A stretch of DNA of 64,000 bases from an uncultured bacterium. GTDB lineage: Bacteria; Verrucomicrobiota; Kiritimatiellia; RFP12; UBA1067. The DNA lies in assembly GCA_902775595.1 (NCBI GenBank), contig CACYNF010000002.1:3390-67389 (forward strand). Direction: 5' to 3'. The notes under the pieces are model-generated. The model had not been told where the DNA came from and made no database searches. It was given only the letters and a program-made list of their open reading frames with translations. A program made the position numbers and the translations under genes. Positions 37,376 through 47,275 of the stretch are shown here, one piece after another; positions within the stretch are counted from its first letter, which is position 1; each line of letters begins with the position of its first letter.

Positions 37376-37539
37376 TTCCTGTTTCCTTCATAAGGGTTTC
37401 AAGTTGACGTGAAAACCAAAGACCGCATGACGCAATGAAGCCCGGATCTCTCCGGGCTCCAAACTTCATGCAGCTGAAGGTTGACAGGCGGGCCTCGCGG
37501 CCTCGGGATAAGACTGCCTAACAGACAACGACCATTGCG

Positions 37540-38010
37540 CTACTGGCCGAGCGGCGGCCACAGGCCGTTCTCGGATATCAACTCCAGCACGAAGTCGCAG
37601 TTCATCGTGCGGTGCGGCGCACTCGCCCGCTGGTGCTGCTCCTCAAGCTCCGCGTCCGTCCACGTCGGCACGTATACGCTGGCGTAGCGGATCATCCCGT
37701 CCCTGACGGCGGCGTATATGTTCGTAAGCGCGGGATGCGTAACGCCGTCCGTGATCCTCACGAGGCGCATTGCGGAATTCGAGACCGCCTCTCGTCCGGA
37801 GAACGACCTGTCGTACTCCCACATGATGTGCGCCGCGACGAGGTCGTTCGAGTTCACCGCAAACCTCTGCTGCGCCAGCTCGTAGACGTTCGTGAAGTTC
37901 CCGTTCCACCAGTCATTGGTGACCGAGTGGAAGTTGTCAGCTGTAGGCGCTGCGGTGGTTGTTATTGCCAATGCCGCGACAAAGGCGGCGATGATGCTCC
38001 CAATTTTCAT
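37540..38010 (-). CDS. secreted hypothetical protein (signal peptide), 156 aa
   Basis: MKIGSIIAAFVAALAITTTAAPTA signal-peptide-like N-terminus. Confidence 0.5.
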   Translation of the reverse strand: MKIGSIIAAFVAALAITTTAAPTADNFHSVTNDWWNGNFTNVYELAQQRFAVNSNDLVAAHIMWEYDRSFSGREAVSNSAMRLVRITDGVTHPALTNIYAAVRDGMIRYASVYVPTWTDAELEEQHQRASAPHRTMNCDFVLELISENGLWPPLGQ

Positions 38011-38029
38011 ATGTTGTTTCCTTTCTTCT

Positions 38030-40924
38030 TTATTGAATCAGCCCTTCCCAACGCCCACGGTTGATCATTTCCGGGGAGCGGAAGAAGTAGTTGTAGTCGA
38101 TTACCGCAAGAGGCGACACATCGACGTGGTTGTCGGTTGGGGTGGGGTTGGGCCAGAGATTCCTCGCCTTCTGCGGGAGCTGCGGCCACATCTGCCTCGC
38201 GACAAGGCTGCCCACGCTCTGTGCATTCCCACCTGCGGCAAGGCTCTGCCCCGCCGCCCAGCTCCAGTTGCCAGTGGCGTCGTTCGCGGTTCCGATGCGC
38301 TGCGCGGCCTCCTGATTCTCATGCGTCACGCCGAGTATTTCACATCCGTACCCGCACACGAAGTTCGAGAGCTTCGCCATAGGGACGGGGAAACCGTACC
38401 ATGTCGAGACCGCGCCAAGCCCGTTGGTGTCAACCACCTGGTTGTAGCGCCATACGGTCCGCCACAAGGCGTTGTCCACGCGCCCGCGATAGTCGCCGCA
38501 GCCTGCGATGACGAACCACTTGACCCCGAAGTAGGCGTCGTTTCGCTCCTTGAACGTGTACTTGTCGACAAGTCCGTTCATGATTGTCGCAACCTTCGCG
38601 AGATCGCCCTCAAACACCGCGTCGACAGTCGCGCCCGCGAGCGGAAGGACGATGTTCCCCTCCGTCCACGGACAGCCATCGCAGCGCCCCCTGAAACGAT
38701 ACACACCTCCCTGCACAGGATTCACGAACCATGCCTCGAGCCCGCCCTCGTGCAAGAGTGACCCGCTCATCTGCGGCTTCGCCTCCACGACCTCCCAGTC
38801 GCAGGGCAGAGACGATCCGTTCACGCCCGCCGGAGCGAGGACAAGGCTCATCTGCACCGAGAAGTTCGTGACCGAGAACCCGTCGTCGCCCAGGGCCGCC
38901 ACATTGCAGAACGGGACCACGAGATGCCTGTCCGGGGCGAGGCTGTTCGTAATCGAGAACGGACACAGCGTCTCGCCGTCGAACGGAGGCGGGTTCGCGC
39001 TCGTCCCAGCGTAGTCGCACGTCATCGCGAGATTCGTCACGCAGGCGACCGTGAGGCACGCCGTGTTCGTGTGCGACACGCCGTTGACCTCGCTCACAAG
39101 CCGGAACTCGACGTCGCCTATTCCGTCGCTCACGGCCACGCCCTGTATCTCCATCCAGCCGTTCCCCTGCGAGAGGATCGCTATCTTGTCCGCACCCGCC
39201 GTGCATTCAAGAGACATCGACGCCTCAGCGTTCGACGAGTCGGGCGGATCGTACACGCCGGCGACGATGTGGCTGTACCCGCCGCGCATGACGACGCTCG
39301 GAGCGGAGAGGGATACCCATGCCGACGTGTTCGTCTCGTTCACTCGCTGGCAGCCGCACTGCGCCTCCCAGTCGAAGGCCTTTGCATACCCTTCCCAAAG
39401 AGCCGTAACGTGCCACGTCTGCGAGTAGCCTGAGCAGTGGCAGGAGTCGCAGCAGTTCCACACATAGTTGCTGCCCGTGCATTCGACGGCGCAGCAGTTC
39501 CCCGTCACCGAGCCGATCACCACCCCAATGTCGGGATCGCTCATGACATGCCCACCGTTCTCGCCGCCCTGAAGGTCGATGTCAATCGGCCTCTCGACCT
39601 CGAAGTCGTCGCTCGGACCCATTCCGCCGCCAGCCCCCAGAAGCCGCAGTCCAGGCAGTGGTAGATTTGATGGCTGAACTGCGTTCAGCCTAACCACGGC
39701 CTCCGCATCGCTCGACCCAATGTCCTCCACAGGCCAGCTCGCCGTGACGTGATAACTCGCACCCATCAGGAGCGGCACCTCGCACACCTGCCCCTCGTTC
39801 GCGATCACAACGAGGTCGCCGAGGTTGCTCGCCCCGTCGCAGGCAACCGCAATCCGCGTCCTGTCGCGCATCGGCGTGAACGACAGCCAGTAGTAGGCGT
39901 TCGCGTTGGCGTTCGTGTTCCATACGATCTCGTAGCCGCCGTCGTTCGTCGGAACTGCCGTGAGGACGCCGCCGCAGTTGGCGTTGAGCCAGTTCATGCC
40001 GGTTCCATAGCAATCGCCGTCCGAGGCTGTCGGCCACCAGTCGATCAGGTTGTCGATTCCGTCGCCGTCCCAGTCGTGCGGGTCGATGCGCCGGAACACG
40101 CGAAAAAGGTTGTTGCTTCTCACTGTGAAGTCGCCGGTCTCGTTCAGGACGATCTGCGCGTTGACGGCGTTGTTCGTGTCGCCGCCCGCGAAGAACCGCT
40201 CCCACGTGACGGTTCGCGTCCCTTCGCCCGCGTGTGCCCACAGGCGGCTTTCCCCCTGCTGGGCGAGGACATCCCCAAGTCCTGCCGACGGAGCGAACAC
40301 GGGGCCGCACAGCGCGTCCTGGAGCCTTCCGTCCAAGAACCACCAGAAGACCGAGGTCGCCGCATTACTTGGCCCGTATGAAAACGTCCAACCAGTCGCC
40401 TCTCCGCCGATTGCATCGAGGTCGACAATGTGCTTTCCGAAGTCTGACCGGACACCGTGCTGGTGAAGCCGCCCGATGTACACGGCGTTCGACGGCATGG
40501 CAAAGGAATGCCCCGTTTCCATCGTCTCGTAGTCGAGCCTGTAGCCCCGCGCTATCTCCTCCGCCGTCACCGTCGCCTCGGGCTCCCCCTGCCCCGTGCG
40601 CAGCATTGCTGGCCGAGCTGCGCTCGGCCTCTCCACTATCCTCAGTCCAGATGGCTGCGAAAGGCTCGGCAACGCCCCAGCCATGCCCCCGCCCGGCGAT
40701 GGCGCGTTGGCGGGCGGCTCGTTCGTGCCGCCGCCGTTTCCAGGCTTCTGGGCCTCGACGGTAGCGACAACCGCCATAACCGCCAGCAGCGCCTGCGCCA
40801 TTCGCGGCAGCGCCTTCAGCTGCCACCATGCAGTCTTGAGCTGCTTCCGCAGGAGGGCTACGGCGAGCATCCCGTAGAAGAACAGCCCAGCGGCAACCGC
40901 GACTATATTCCAGTTTACTTCCAT
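38030..40924 (-). CDS. large membrane-anchored/surface protein, Cys-rich (964 aa)
   Basis: N-terminal TM helix; CC..EC.G..Y.WNCCDSCHC cluster; no phage family recognised. Confidence 0.5.
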   Translation of the reverse strand: MEVNWNIVAVAAGLFFYGMLAVALLRKQLKTAWWQLKALPRMAQALLAVMAVVATVEAQKPGNGGGTNEPPANAPSPGGGMAGALPSLSQPSGLRIVERPSAARPAMLRTGQGEPEATVTAEEIARGYRLDYETMETGHSFAMPSNAVYIGRLHQHGVRSDFGKHIVDLDAIGGEATGWTFSYGPSNAATSVFWWFLDGRLQDALCGPVFAPSAGLGDVLAQQGESRLWAHAGEGTRTVTWERFFAGGDTNNAVNAQIVLNETGDFTVRSNNLFRVFRRIDPHDWDGDGIDNLIDWWPTASDGDCYGTGMNWLNANCGGVLTAVPTNDGGYEIVWNTNANANAYYWLSFTPMRDRTRIAVACDGASNLGDLVVIANEGQVCEVPLLMGASYHVTASWPVEDIGSSDAEAVVRLNAVQPSNLPLPGLRLLGAGGGMGPSDDFEVERPIDIDLQGGENGGHVMSDPDIGVVIGSVTGNCCAVECTGSNYVWNCCDSCHCSGYSQTWHVTALWEGYAKAFDWEAQCGCQRVNETNTSAWVSLSAPSVVMRGGYSHIVAGVYDPPDSSNAEASMSLECTAGADKIAILSQGNGWMEIQGVAVSDGIGDVEFRLVSEVNGVSHTNTACLTVACVTNLAMTCDYAGTSANPPPFDGETLCPFSITNSLAPDRHLVVPFCNVAALGDDGFSVTNFSVQMSLVLAPAGVNGSSLPCDWEVVEAKPQMSGSLLHEGGLEAWFVNPVQGGVYRFRGRCDGCPWTEGNIVLPLAGATVDAVFEGDLAKVATIMNGLVDKYTFKERNDAYFGVKWFVIAGCGDYRGRVDNALWRTVWRYNQVVDTNGLGAVSTWYGFPVPMAKLSNFVCGYGCEILGVTHENQEAAQRIGTANDATGNWSWAAGQSLAAGGNAQSVGSLVARQMWPQLPQKARNLWPNPTPTDNHVDVSPLAVIDYNYFFRSPEMINRGRWEGLIQ

Positions 40925-40991
40925 AATGTGTTCCCTTTCAGATTTGATGGCCCAGAATTGATGGTCGAACTGCGTTCGACCTATCCCCAGC

Positions 40992-41474
40992 CTACCTGAT
41001 CCTTATCGAGAACCTCTTGTTCTCGACCACCTCGGTGATCGTCTCCCCGACCGCCCCCTCGCCCCGCTTCACGACCTTGGCGAGATTCCACGCCGGGTCG
41101 AAGTACCGGTGGTTGATCGCAACCGTGTCGCCCATCCCGGTGAACACTTGCCCCGTCCGGTGGTTCACGAGATACCGCTCCCCGCAGTCGCACCCGAAGA
41201 CGAATGCCGTCTCCTCGAAGGAGAGGTCGCCGTCCTCGTCGGCGTCGTGCCCGACGGCTACCAGCACTTCGCTCTCCGCGCTCGTGCCTTCAATTTCCAG
41301 CTTTAGGCTGAACACTTCAAGCCGCTCGGCGTCCACCCGCAGCAGTATGTTAGTCGTCACCTCGGTGTCGGGCAGCGCCCCGTCCGGGAGCTGCGGCAGA
41401 ACGATGGTTTTTGCCGCGCAAGCCGTCAGAAAGGCGCACGCGGCGAAGACCACTGCAATTGAACTCTTGATCAT
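40992..41474 (-). CDS. lipoprotein (161 aa)
   Basis: MIKSSIAVVFAACAFLTAC lipobox. Confidence 0.55.
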   Translation of the reverse strand: MIKSSIAVVFAACAFLTACAAKTIVLPQLPDGALPDTEVTTNILLRVDAERLEVFSLKLEIEGTSAESEVLVAVGHDADEDGDLSFEETAFVFGCDCGERYLVNHRTGQVFTGMGDTVAINHRYFDPAWNLAKVVKRGEGAVGETITEVVENKRFSIRIR

Positions 41475-41543
41475 AGATTTTCTCCAGTTTGTCCTTGTGT
41501 TGGCACAATGGAGCATAGTCTAATGATTTCGAGGACTTTTCAA

Positions 41544-41600
41544 CGTCACATGGCGTGACGCAAGTCATTTTGAGATGCCGATTCGTCACATTTAGTGACG
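41544..41600. promoter_or_regulatory. two CGTCAC-N5-GTGACG inverted-repeat operator candidates in divergent promoter region
   Basis: cgtcacatggcgtgacg (41544-60) and cgtcacatttagtgacg (41584-600). Confidence 0.3.
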
Positions 41601-41740
41601 ATCCCCTCTTTTTAACCTTGCGCGACTCTCTCGTGAGAATTCCATAAATGAAGATATACCCCCTCGTGCGGCAGTTTGCAAGGGCATATCAGACACTTGC
41701 AAATTACGGCATTTGCAGAAGAAATGATATAATACGCAAC

Positions 41741-42424
41741 ATGAGAAAAGCACTAATTGTTGAAGACGACCCTGACTCGGCCGAGGGCTTCAAGATCATC
41801 CTCACTCGCATGGGGTTTGAGTGTGTCGTCGACCCAATCGGAGACATGGCAATCAAGTACCTGTCGAGCGGAGAGTTCGACATCGCAATCATGGACATAG
41901 TCCTCAAGACCAGGATGACCGGCAGCGACATCATCCATGCGGCCAGAGAGCTTGGCGTCAAGACTCCCATCATCGGAGTAAGCGACAAGAGAGGACCAGC
42001 CGACCGCGCAAAAGACCTCCGCGCAGGAGCCACGGACCACATGGAGAAGCCGTGCCACCCTGCGGAACTTCGAGAGCGTGTCCTCAAGGCAGTGAACGGA
42101 CAGGACACGGACACCTATCTCGTCTCGGACGACATCATACTGGACGTAAAGACCCGCACAGCACGGCGCGGTGACAGGGTTCTGAAGCTCCGGCGGCTCA
42201 GCTTCGACCTGCTGACCGTCCTCATGCGCGCCAAGGGCGATTTTATCCCAAGCGCACGTCTGCGCGACACTCTCGGACTCATGCCGAAGTGCGAGGAAAC
42301 AGCCCCACTGGACAAGAACGGCTCGCTTCGTATGGCAATCCTCCGACTGCGCGAAGAACTTACCAGTAACGGCGAACGAGACCCCATCCACCACGAGAAG
42401 CCAAAAGGATATGCGCTATTTTAA
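41741..42424 (+). CDS. OmpR-family two-component response regulator (227 aa)
   Basis: Receiver ALIVEDDPD...DIAIMDIVL plus winged-helix C-terminus; internal start MRKALIV. Confidence 0.8.
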   Translation: MRKALIVEDDPDSAEGFKIILTRMGFECVVDPIGDMAIKYLSSGEFDIAIMDIVLKTRMTGSDIIHAARELGVKTPIIGVSDKRGPADRAKDLRAGATDHMEKPCHPAELRERVLKAVNGQDTDTYLVSDDIILDVKTRTARRGDRVLKLRRLSFDLLTVLMRAKGDFIPSARLRDTLGLMPKCEETAPLDKNGSLRMAILRLREELTSNGERDPIHHEKPKGYALF

Positions 42425-43466
42425 GACCCCGCTCGCCAGACGACTCTTCTGGATTGTATTCCTGTCCGTGAACGGCATGGCGTTCTTCGTCTGGCCTATA
42501 ATCGATATGATTTCCATGAGCGAGGCCACGGCCAAGGCCATCTCCAACGCTCGGGCCAATGCCACGTTCGAGGCAATCGACACACTTGTCGACCATGTTA
42601 AGCTCCTATCGCATCGCAGCTGGATTGCATTCGCCGTCAATTCAGTCGTTGGCACGACACTCGCGACGGCACTGGCATTTTTCGTTTGCCGTCCGATAGA
42701 CGGGATGCAAGAGAAAATCCGCGATCTAATCCACGACCTGCGCGGCCCCCTATCCGGAATCCTGAACGATGTCCGAATCGCCATCGACACGAAATGCAAT
42801 CTGATGGCGGCTCTCTTTTCGGTCAGGGCGAAGGCAGAATCCGTGCTGGCGACCTACGATCTCAATGCCGAGATCGTGCGGAACTACGCGGGGGTCGACA
42901 AGGGCGAAGTGTCTGACGTCGATCTCACGGAAATCGTCGAGGACTACGCGGAATTGTTCGGCGACGAGGCAGAGTCAAAAGGCGTCAAGTTCGTGGTTTC
43001 TCGGCCAACCGACGCCGTCATCGTCCGCGCCCACGAAGACAAGATGAAAAGGCTCGTCGCCAACCTCGTGGAAAACGCGGTGAAGTACACCGACAAGGGC
43101 AAGGTATGCGTCGCTCTTGCCGTAAAGAAATCAAAGTTCACGTTGACCGTCGCCGACACGGGCATCGGCATGACCAAAGACGAACAGAAGCTCATCTACA
43201 ATGAATACTATCGCACCACGCGAACCAGCGACAGGCCGGGCATCGGATGCGGACTTGCAATGATCGGCTCGATAGTAGAACTCTACAAAGGCACCATCGA
43301 CTGTGACTCCTCGCCAGGCAAGGGCACGACCTTCACCATCACCCTTCCGCTCGACCTCACTCCGCGCAAGCCGATCCTCCGCCGTGCCGTCGTCGGCTGC
43401 GGTCGCTGCGCTTCAAGCATATGCAAAAGAATACGGCGCGCCCTGGGGCGCGGGGAGCCAGCGTAG
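42411..43466 (+). CDS. sensor histidine kinase (351 aa)
   Basis: Two TM helices, H-box IHDLRGPLSGI, HATPase_c motifs (VADTGIGM, GIGCGLAM, GKGTTF). Confidence 0.8.
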   Translation: MRYFKTPLARRLFWIVFLSVNGMAFFVWPIIDMISMSEATAKAISNARANATFEAIDTLVDHVKLLSHRSWIAFAVNSVVGTTLATALAFFVCRPIDGMQEKIRDLIHDLRGPLSGILNDVRIAIDTKCNLMAALFSVRAKAESVLATYDLNAEIVRNYAGVDKGEVSDVDLTEIVEDYAELFGDEAESKGVKFVVSRPTDAVIVRAHEDKMKRLVANLVENAVKYTDKGKVCVALAVKKSKFTLTVADTGIGMTKDEQKLIYNEYYRTTRTSDRPGIGCGLAMIGSIVELYKGTIDCDSSPGKGTTFTITLPLDLTPRKPILRRAVVGCGRCASSICKRIRRALGRGEPA

Positions 43467-43496
43467 GCGAAGGTTCCGCGCACCCACATCACGTCA

Positions 43497-46400
43497 TCAC
43501 CACCAGTATCGGAAATCCTTGATGGAGAGGGAAAAGAACGCCGAGTTATCTTCGGAGAACTTTTCGTCGTATGTGACCGTGAACAGCCCGTTGGACGTCG
43601 TGTAGTTCGAGGTGTCTACCGGGAACTTGTCAGGATACTGGTACATATCGTAGCCGTATTCCTCCGCATGGGCATAGGGGGTGCCGAAATCCATATGGTG
43701 CTTTATGCCGAACATGAACCGCAGGGGCGGCTGGACGATCCGCGTTCCATCGGCGGGGACGATCTGACCGGTGACGGTGCGGGACGAGGGGTCTATTCCA
43801 ACCGCCTTCACCGCAGGGTACTTGAAGAACATCGTCACTTCCCTTCCGTCGTCTGGCTTTCTGTGATAAGGCGATATGCCGAGGTCGATGCACATCTTCG
43901 GCGCGTCGAGCGGCTCGCAGCCGGAATCGTCCTCCCAGGGATACATCGTGATGCACTCGGCAGTGCTCAATGCCTCAAAGCCCACGATGCCAGCAAGGTT
44001 ATCCAGTTCGTCGTCAGTGAGTTCGGCATTCCCAGCTCCAAATCGCTTCGGATAAATTTCTATGCCCGTGAGAGGATCTATCGTCGTGCTGCTGAACACG
44101 ACGTCGTCGATGCTCGCATTGCCGCCGAGGCCGAGAGCCGTGACCCCAGTCCTGTCCGACGCCTCGGGACGCGCCCTGAATACAGTCGATCCGTCCGCCT
44201 GGGAGCAGGCAAGGATGCCGTCGATGTAGATTCGATAGGCGAGGCCATGCGGCGAGCCGTCGTTCACCGCCTCGATCTCGACCGTCACCCAGTTGCCCAA
44301 GGGTGAAGCCAGCCCGCTTCCGCCCTCCTTCTCCGCAAGACGCACATCTCTGGACACCAGCCCGCCTACGGCATTGGCAATCCCGGCGTTGATCTGCCAG
44401 CAGCATGTACCATGCCCGTCGTCACAGTCGAAGTAGTACAGCGCGATCTTGTCGTCAATGTTGATCACGCACGCCGGCGTAAATATAAACTCAGGTCCGA
44501 TCGTGCCCGCTGACGGCGGCGCAGACGTTGGATACAGAGTAGGGTCACCCTCCGTCCATGCTCGGCTGCTGTTCTTCTTGAACGATGTCTTCAGCGTCTG
44601 CCACTTGCCGGGGACATAGCGGGGGCCAAGCCCGCCGTTCACCCTTTCGTTGACGGAGAACCACGCCCGCGCTCCATGCAGGCCACCGACCTTGACGCAC
44701 CTCCGGCCGGAATACCTGCCGTCGTCAATAGACGCCTCGAAATACAATCCCGTCACCATCAAGTGGCATGCCACCTCCGGCATGTTGGTGGCGTCCATCC
44801 ACTGCACACCGTTGTTGAAGTTGCACCGCCAGATCAGCCCCTCCACCGGATCGTCCGGCCCGTCGTCGACGCCCTCGAATCCACGGGCGACGAACGGCGC
44901 ACCCGCCGTTTCCGACATCTCGCTTGCGAGGACGGCGGGAACCCCGTCCCTGAGGCCAATCGCCATCCAGCCGTAGCGGGTGCGCCGCGTCGTGTCGTTC
45001 GCATCGGGCCACCACTTGAAAGCCATGAAGAACAGATCGCCGTTGTCATAGTCGCAGGTTGTCCGCCCTTCCGAGAACGTATCGTCGCCAATGTACGATC
45101 CGGGTGACGTCAGCGCAACATAGCCACACCCGCGGGAATGGTTTATCGAAACGTCCCAGCAGCTTTCCGTGTAGTTGAAGATGACGAAATCGAAGGCTGT
45201 GTCCCTGCGGTGCAGAATATGCGGAGTCCGTTCCGATGTCGCGTAGAAGGTGTTGGTTTCGCAGCCCGTAGCCGGGTCTACGAAGGGATCGGGCGGCACT
45301 ACTACTTCCGATCCGTTGACCAGAAGTTCGTTCTGCTCGTTGCAGATGGCGGATTCAAGTATTACAAGTTCCGCATTCTCGTCAAGGCCAAGGGAGATGT
45401 ATCCGTACCATGTATGGCTGTTCAGTACCATGTTCCGGTACCAGTTGCAGAACTCGAACACGAAGGGATAGGCGGTCGCGGACACCTCGTAGGCATGCGG
45501 CGGCATGTCGTTGTCGTCGACATAGTGCTCACCTTCCTTGGCGATCTTGACTCGCGGATCGTCAACGCCAGACCCGTGGAACACGACTTGCCAGTTGTTG
45601 GTCTCAAACCTGTCGACTGCATAGTCTATGCCTGTAAGCCCCGGCACGGTACAGGCAAGGTGCGGTATTCCCCCCGGTATAATCCTGAAGCAGTCCCGGT
45701 AGATGTAGATCCCCTCTCGCGGCTGCTCAGGCACAGGAGGATCAACGGGGTCCTCGGGAACTTCCGGCTCGTCGGGAGGCGGGTCGGCAAAGGCGTGTTC
45801 GGAAACTTCCACACCCTCCGGGATCGATATCGCCGACTTGTCGGACGTCCAACCGAAGGCATGGTCGCCGATGCGCTCTACCGTCGGAGGAACCTCGACT
45901 GGCTGGAGCGCGGCAGGCCACGCGACAAGCTCCGTGCCGGTGGCATCGTAGAGTACGCCGCCTATGGACTTGTACGCTTCATTGCCGTCCTCGACGAGAA
46001 TGGCCGTGAGGGTCGGGCACCCGACGAACGACGCGGGATCGACGTAGAGAATGTCCTGTCGAATCCTTGCCGTCGTGAGCGACGGGCAGTTGTGAAAGGC
46101 GTTGTCGAAGTCGGTGAATCCAGACGGGAGGTCTACGACTTCGAGCGACGGGCAGTTGTTGAAGGCGTAGTTTCCGAACGTCACCTCACCCTTCGGCAGC
46201 GTGACGGACTGAAGGTTGTCGCAGTTCAGGAATGCGGAAACGCCGATGTTCGTCACGCACTCGGGGATGGAAACCTCCGTCAAACTGTCGCAGTTGTAGC
46301 AAGTCATGGTGTCAAGGTTCCCCACATGCGCCGAGAACTTGACCGAGCGCATGGACTTGCATCCCCAGAACGTGTCACGCCCCATCGAGGTTACGGAATC

Positions 46401-46859
46401 CGGGATGCGTCCGACATCAAGCTTCTGGCAGTTAAAGAACACTGCATCGCCCAGGGTCGTCAGATTCGATGGCAAGGTGGCGGTCACGAGATTTGAACAC
46501 CCACGGCAGGCGTAAAACTCTATCGACTCGACGCTTTCCGGTATCTTCAGGGAAGTTATCTGGCCAAGCTCGAAGAACGCATAGCTCCCAATCGCCTTCA
46601 CCGTCAGCCCCCCGAGTGTGTCCGGAATTACTACATCGCCCGTTGTCCAGCCGACAGCCGTATTCAAGTGCCCGCCGTAGACTCTTGCCGCGCCGTTTGT
46701 CACGGTGTACTTCCAGGTGAGGTTCCCGACATCTTCCGAGAATATCTCGTCGGCGGCACGAGTCTCCGTGTCCACTGCGGCGAAAAGGAAGCACAGGACG
46801 GCGCGTAACCACACCCTCCTCATCTTCCATCCATCATGCCCTGTCGATGCGTATCTCAT
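43497..46859 (-). CDS. BspA-type leucine-rich-repeat surface protein (1120 aa)
   Basis: Signal-peptide-like N-terminus; repeated IP.SV..IG..AF..C..L.SV.. units. Confidence 0.7.
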   Translation of the reverse strand: MRYASTGHDGWKMRRVWLRAVLCFLFAAVDTETRAADEIFSEDVGNLTWKYTVTNGAARVYGGHLNTAVGWTTGDVVIPDTLGGLTVKAIGSYAFFELGQITSLKIPESVESIEFYACRGCSNLVTATLPSNLTTLGDAVFFNCQKLDVGRIPDSVTSMGRDTFWGCKSMRSVKFSAHVGNLDTMTCYNCDSLTEVSIPECVTNIGVSAFLNCDNLQSVTLPKGEVTFGNYAFNNCPSLEVVDLPSGFTDFDNAFHNCPSLTTARIRQDILYVDPASFVGCPTLTAILVEDGNEAYKSIGGVLYDATGTELVAWPAALQPVEVPPTVERIGDHAFGWTSDKSAISIPEGVEVSEHAFADPPPDEPEVPEDPVDPPVPEQPREGIYIYRDCFRIIPGGIPHLACTVPGLTGIDYAVDRFETNNWQVVFHGSGVDDPRVKIAKEGEHYVDDNDMPPHAYEVSATAYPFVFEFCNWYRNMVLNSHTWYGYISLGLDENAELVILESAICNEQNELLVNGSEVVVPPDPFVDPATGCETNTFYATSERTPHILHRRDTAFDFVIFNYTESCWDVSINHSRGCGYVALTSPGSYIGDDTFSEGRTTCDYDNGDLFFMAFKWWPDANDTTRRTRYGWMAIGLRDGVPAVLASEMSETAGAPFVARGFEGVDDGPDDPVEGLIWRCNFNNGVQWMDATNMPEVACHLMVTGLYFEASIDDGRYSGRRCVKVGGLHGARAWFSVNERVNGGLGPRYVPGKWQTLKTSFKKNSSRAWTEGDPTLYPTSAPPSAGTIGPEFIFTPACVINIDDKIALYYFDCDDGHGTCCWQINAGIANAVGGLVSRDVRLAEKEGGSGLASPLGNWVTVEIEAVNDGSPHGLAYRIYIDGILACSQADGSTVFRARPEASDRTGVTALGLGGNASIDDVVFSSTTIDPLTGIEIYPKRFGAGNAELTDDELDNLAGIVGFEALSTAECITMYPWEDDSGCEPLDAPKMCIDLGISPYHRKPDDGREVTMFFKYPAVKAVGIDPSSRTVTGQIVPADGTRIVQPPLRFMFGIKHHMDFGTPYAHAEEYGYDMYQYPDKFPVDTSNYTTSNGLFTVTYDEKFSEDNSAFFSLSIKDFRYWW

Positions 46860-47275
46860 CTCAAAAGCTCGTTGCGGAGCCGTATAACCTCATCGCGGAG
46901 CCTGTCGCGTTCCGCTTCGGCGGTCAGCCTCGCGTCGCGTTCCCGCTTCAACTTCGCCTCAAGATCGGCAGATTTGCGCTCCGCTGCGTCCTTCGCAACG
47001 CTCAAAGCCGCAGATTCGGCCCGTACAGCCTCCAGGTTCGCTTCCAGCGCGGCGTAGGCGTCGTTGCCCGCCTCCGCGTCGGGCGCGCCACAGCCGCCCT
47101 CAGCCCCCGCTCTTACCGATTCCCTTTCCCCTCTTCCCGTAAGGCCAAAGTAAGCAAGCGCATCGTCCCCACCAGCCGATGCCTCCTTCGGAATCGGCTT
47201 GACTTCCACCACGGGTTCGCTCTTCCTGAACATCCCCTTGGACAGCTGCGAGAAGTCTGTAAACGTTCGGCCCAT
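46856..47275 (-). CDS. coiled-coil protein (139 aa), coupled to ubiquitin-like gene
   Basis: ATGA overlaps both neighbours; C-terminal heptad-like ...EAKLKRERDARLTAEAERDRLRDEVIRLRNELL. Confidence 0.45.
   Translation of the reverse strand: MGRTFTDFSQLSKGMFRKSEPVVEVKPIPKEASAGGDDALAYFGLTGRGERESVRAGAEGGCGAPDAEAGNDAYAALEANLEAVRAESAALSVAKDAAERKSADLEAKLKRERDARLTAEAERDRLRDEVIRLRNELLR

Larger units (their letters stand above)
1..37400. mobile_element. Temperate siphovirus-like phage/prophage region (structural, packaging, anti-restriction, replication and regulatory modules); left end continues beyond window
   Basis: Contiguous minus-strand modules with recognisable phage families (GpA terminase, lambda-type portal, HK97 protease/capsid, TP901-type major tail, tape measure, Sak4, RusA, Prim-Pol); no integrase or lysis genes inside window. 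Confidence 0.6.

Noticed and set aside
37376-37539. Hairpins GCCCGGA-TCTC-TCCGGGC and GGCCTCGCGGCC as terminators at the phage/cargo junction
   Set aside because: Short stems without a convincing U-tract on either strand; not reported as features.
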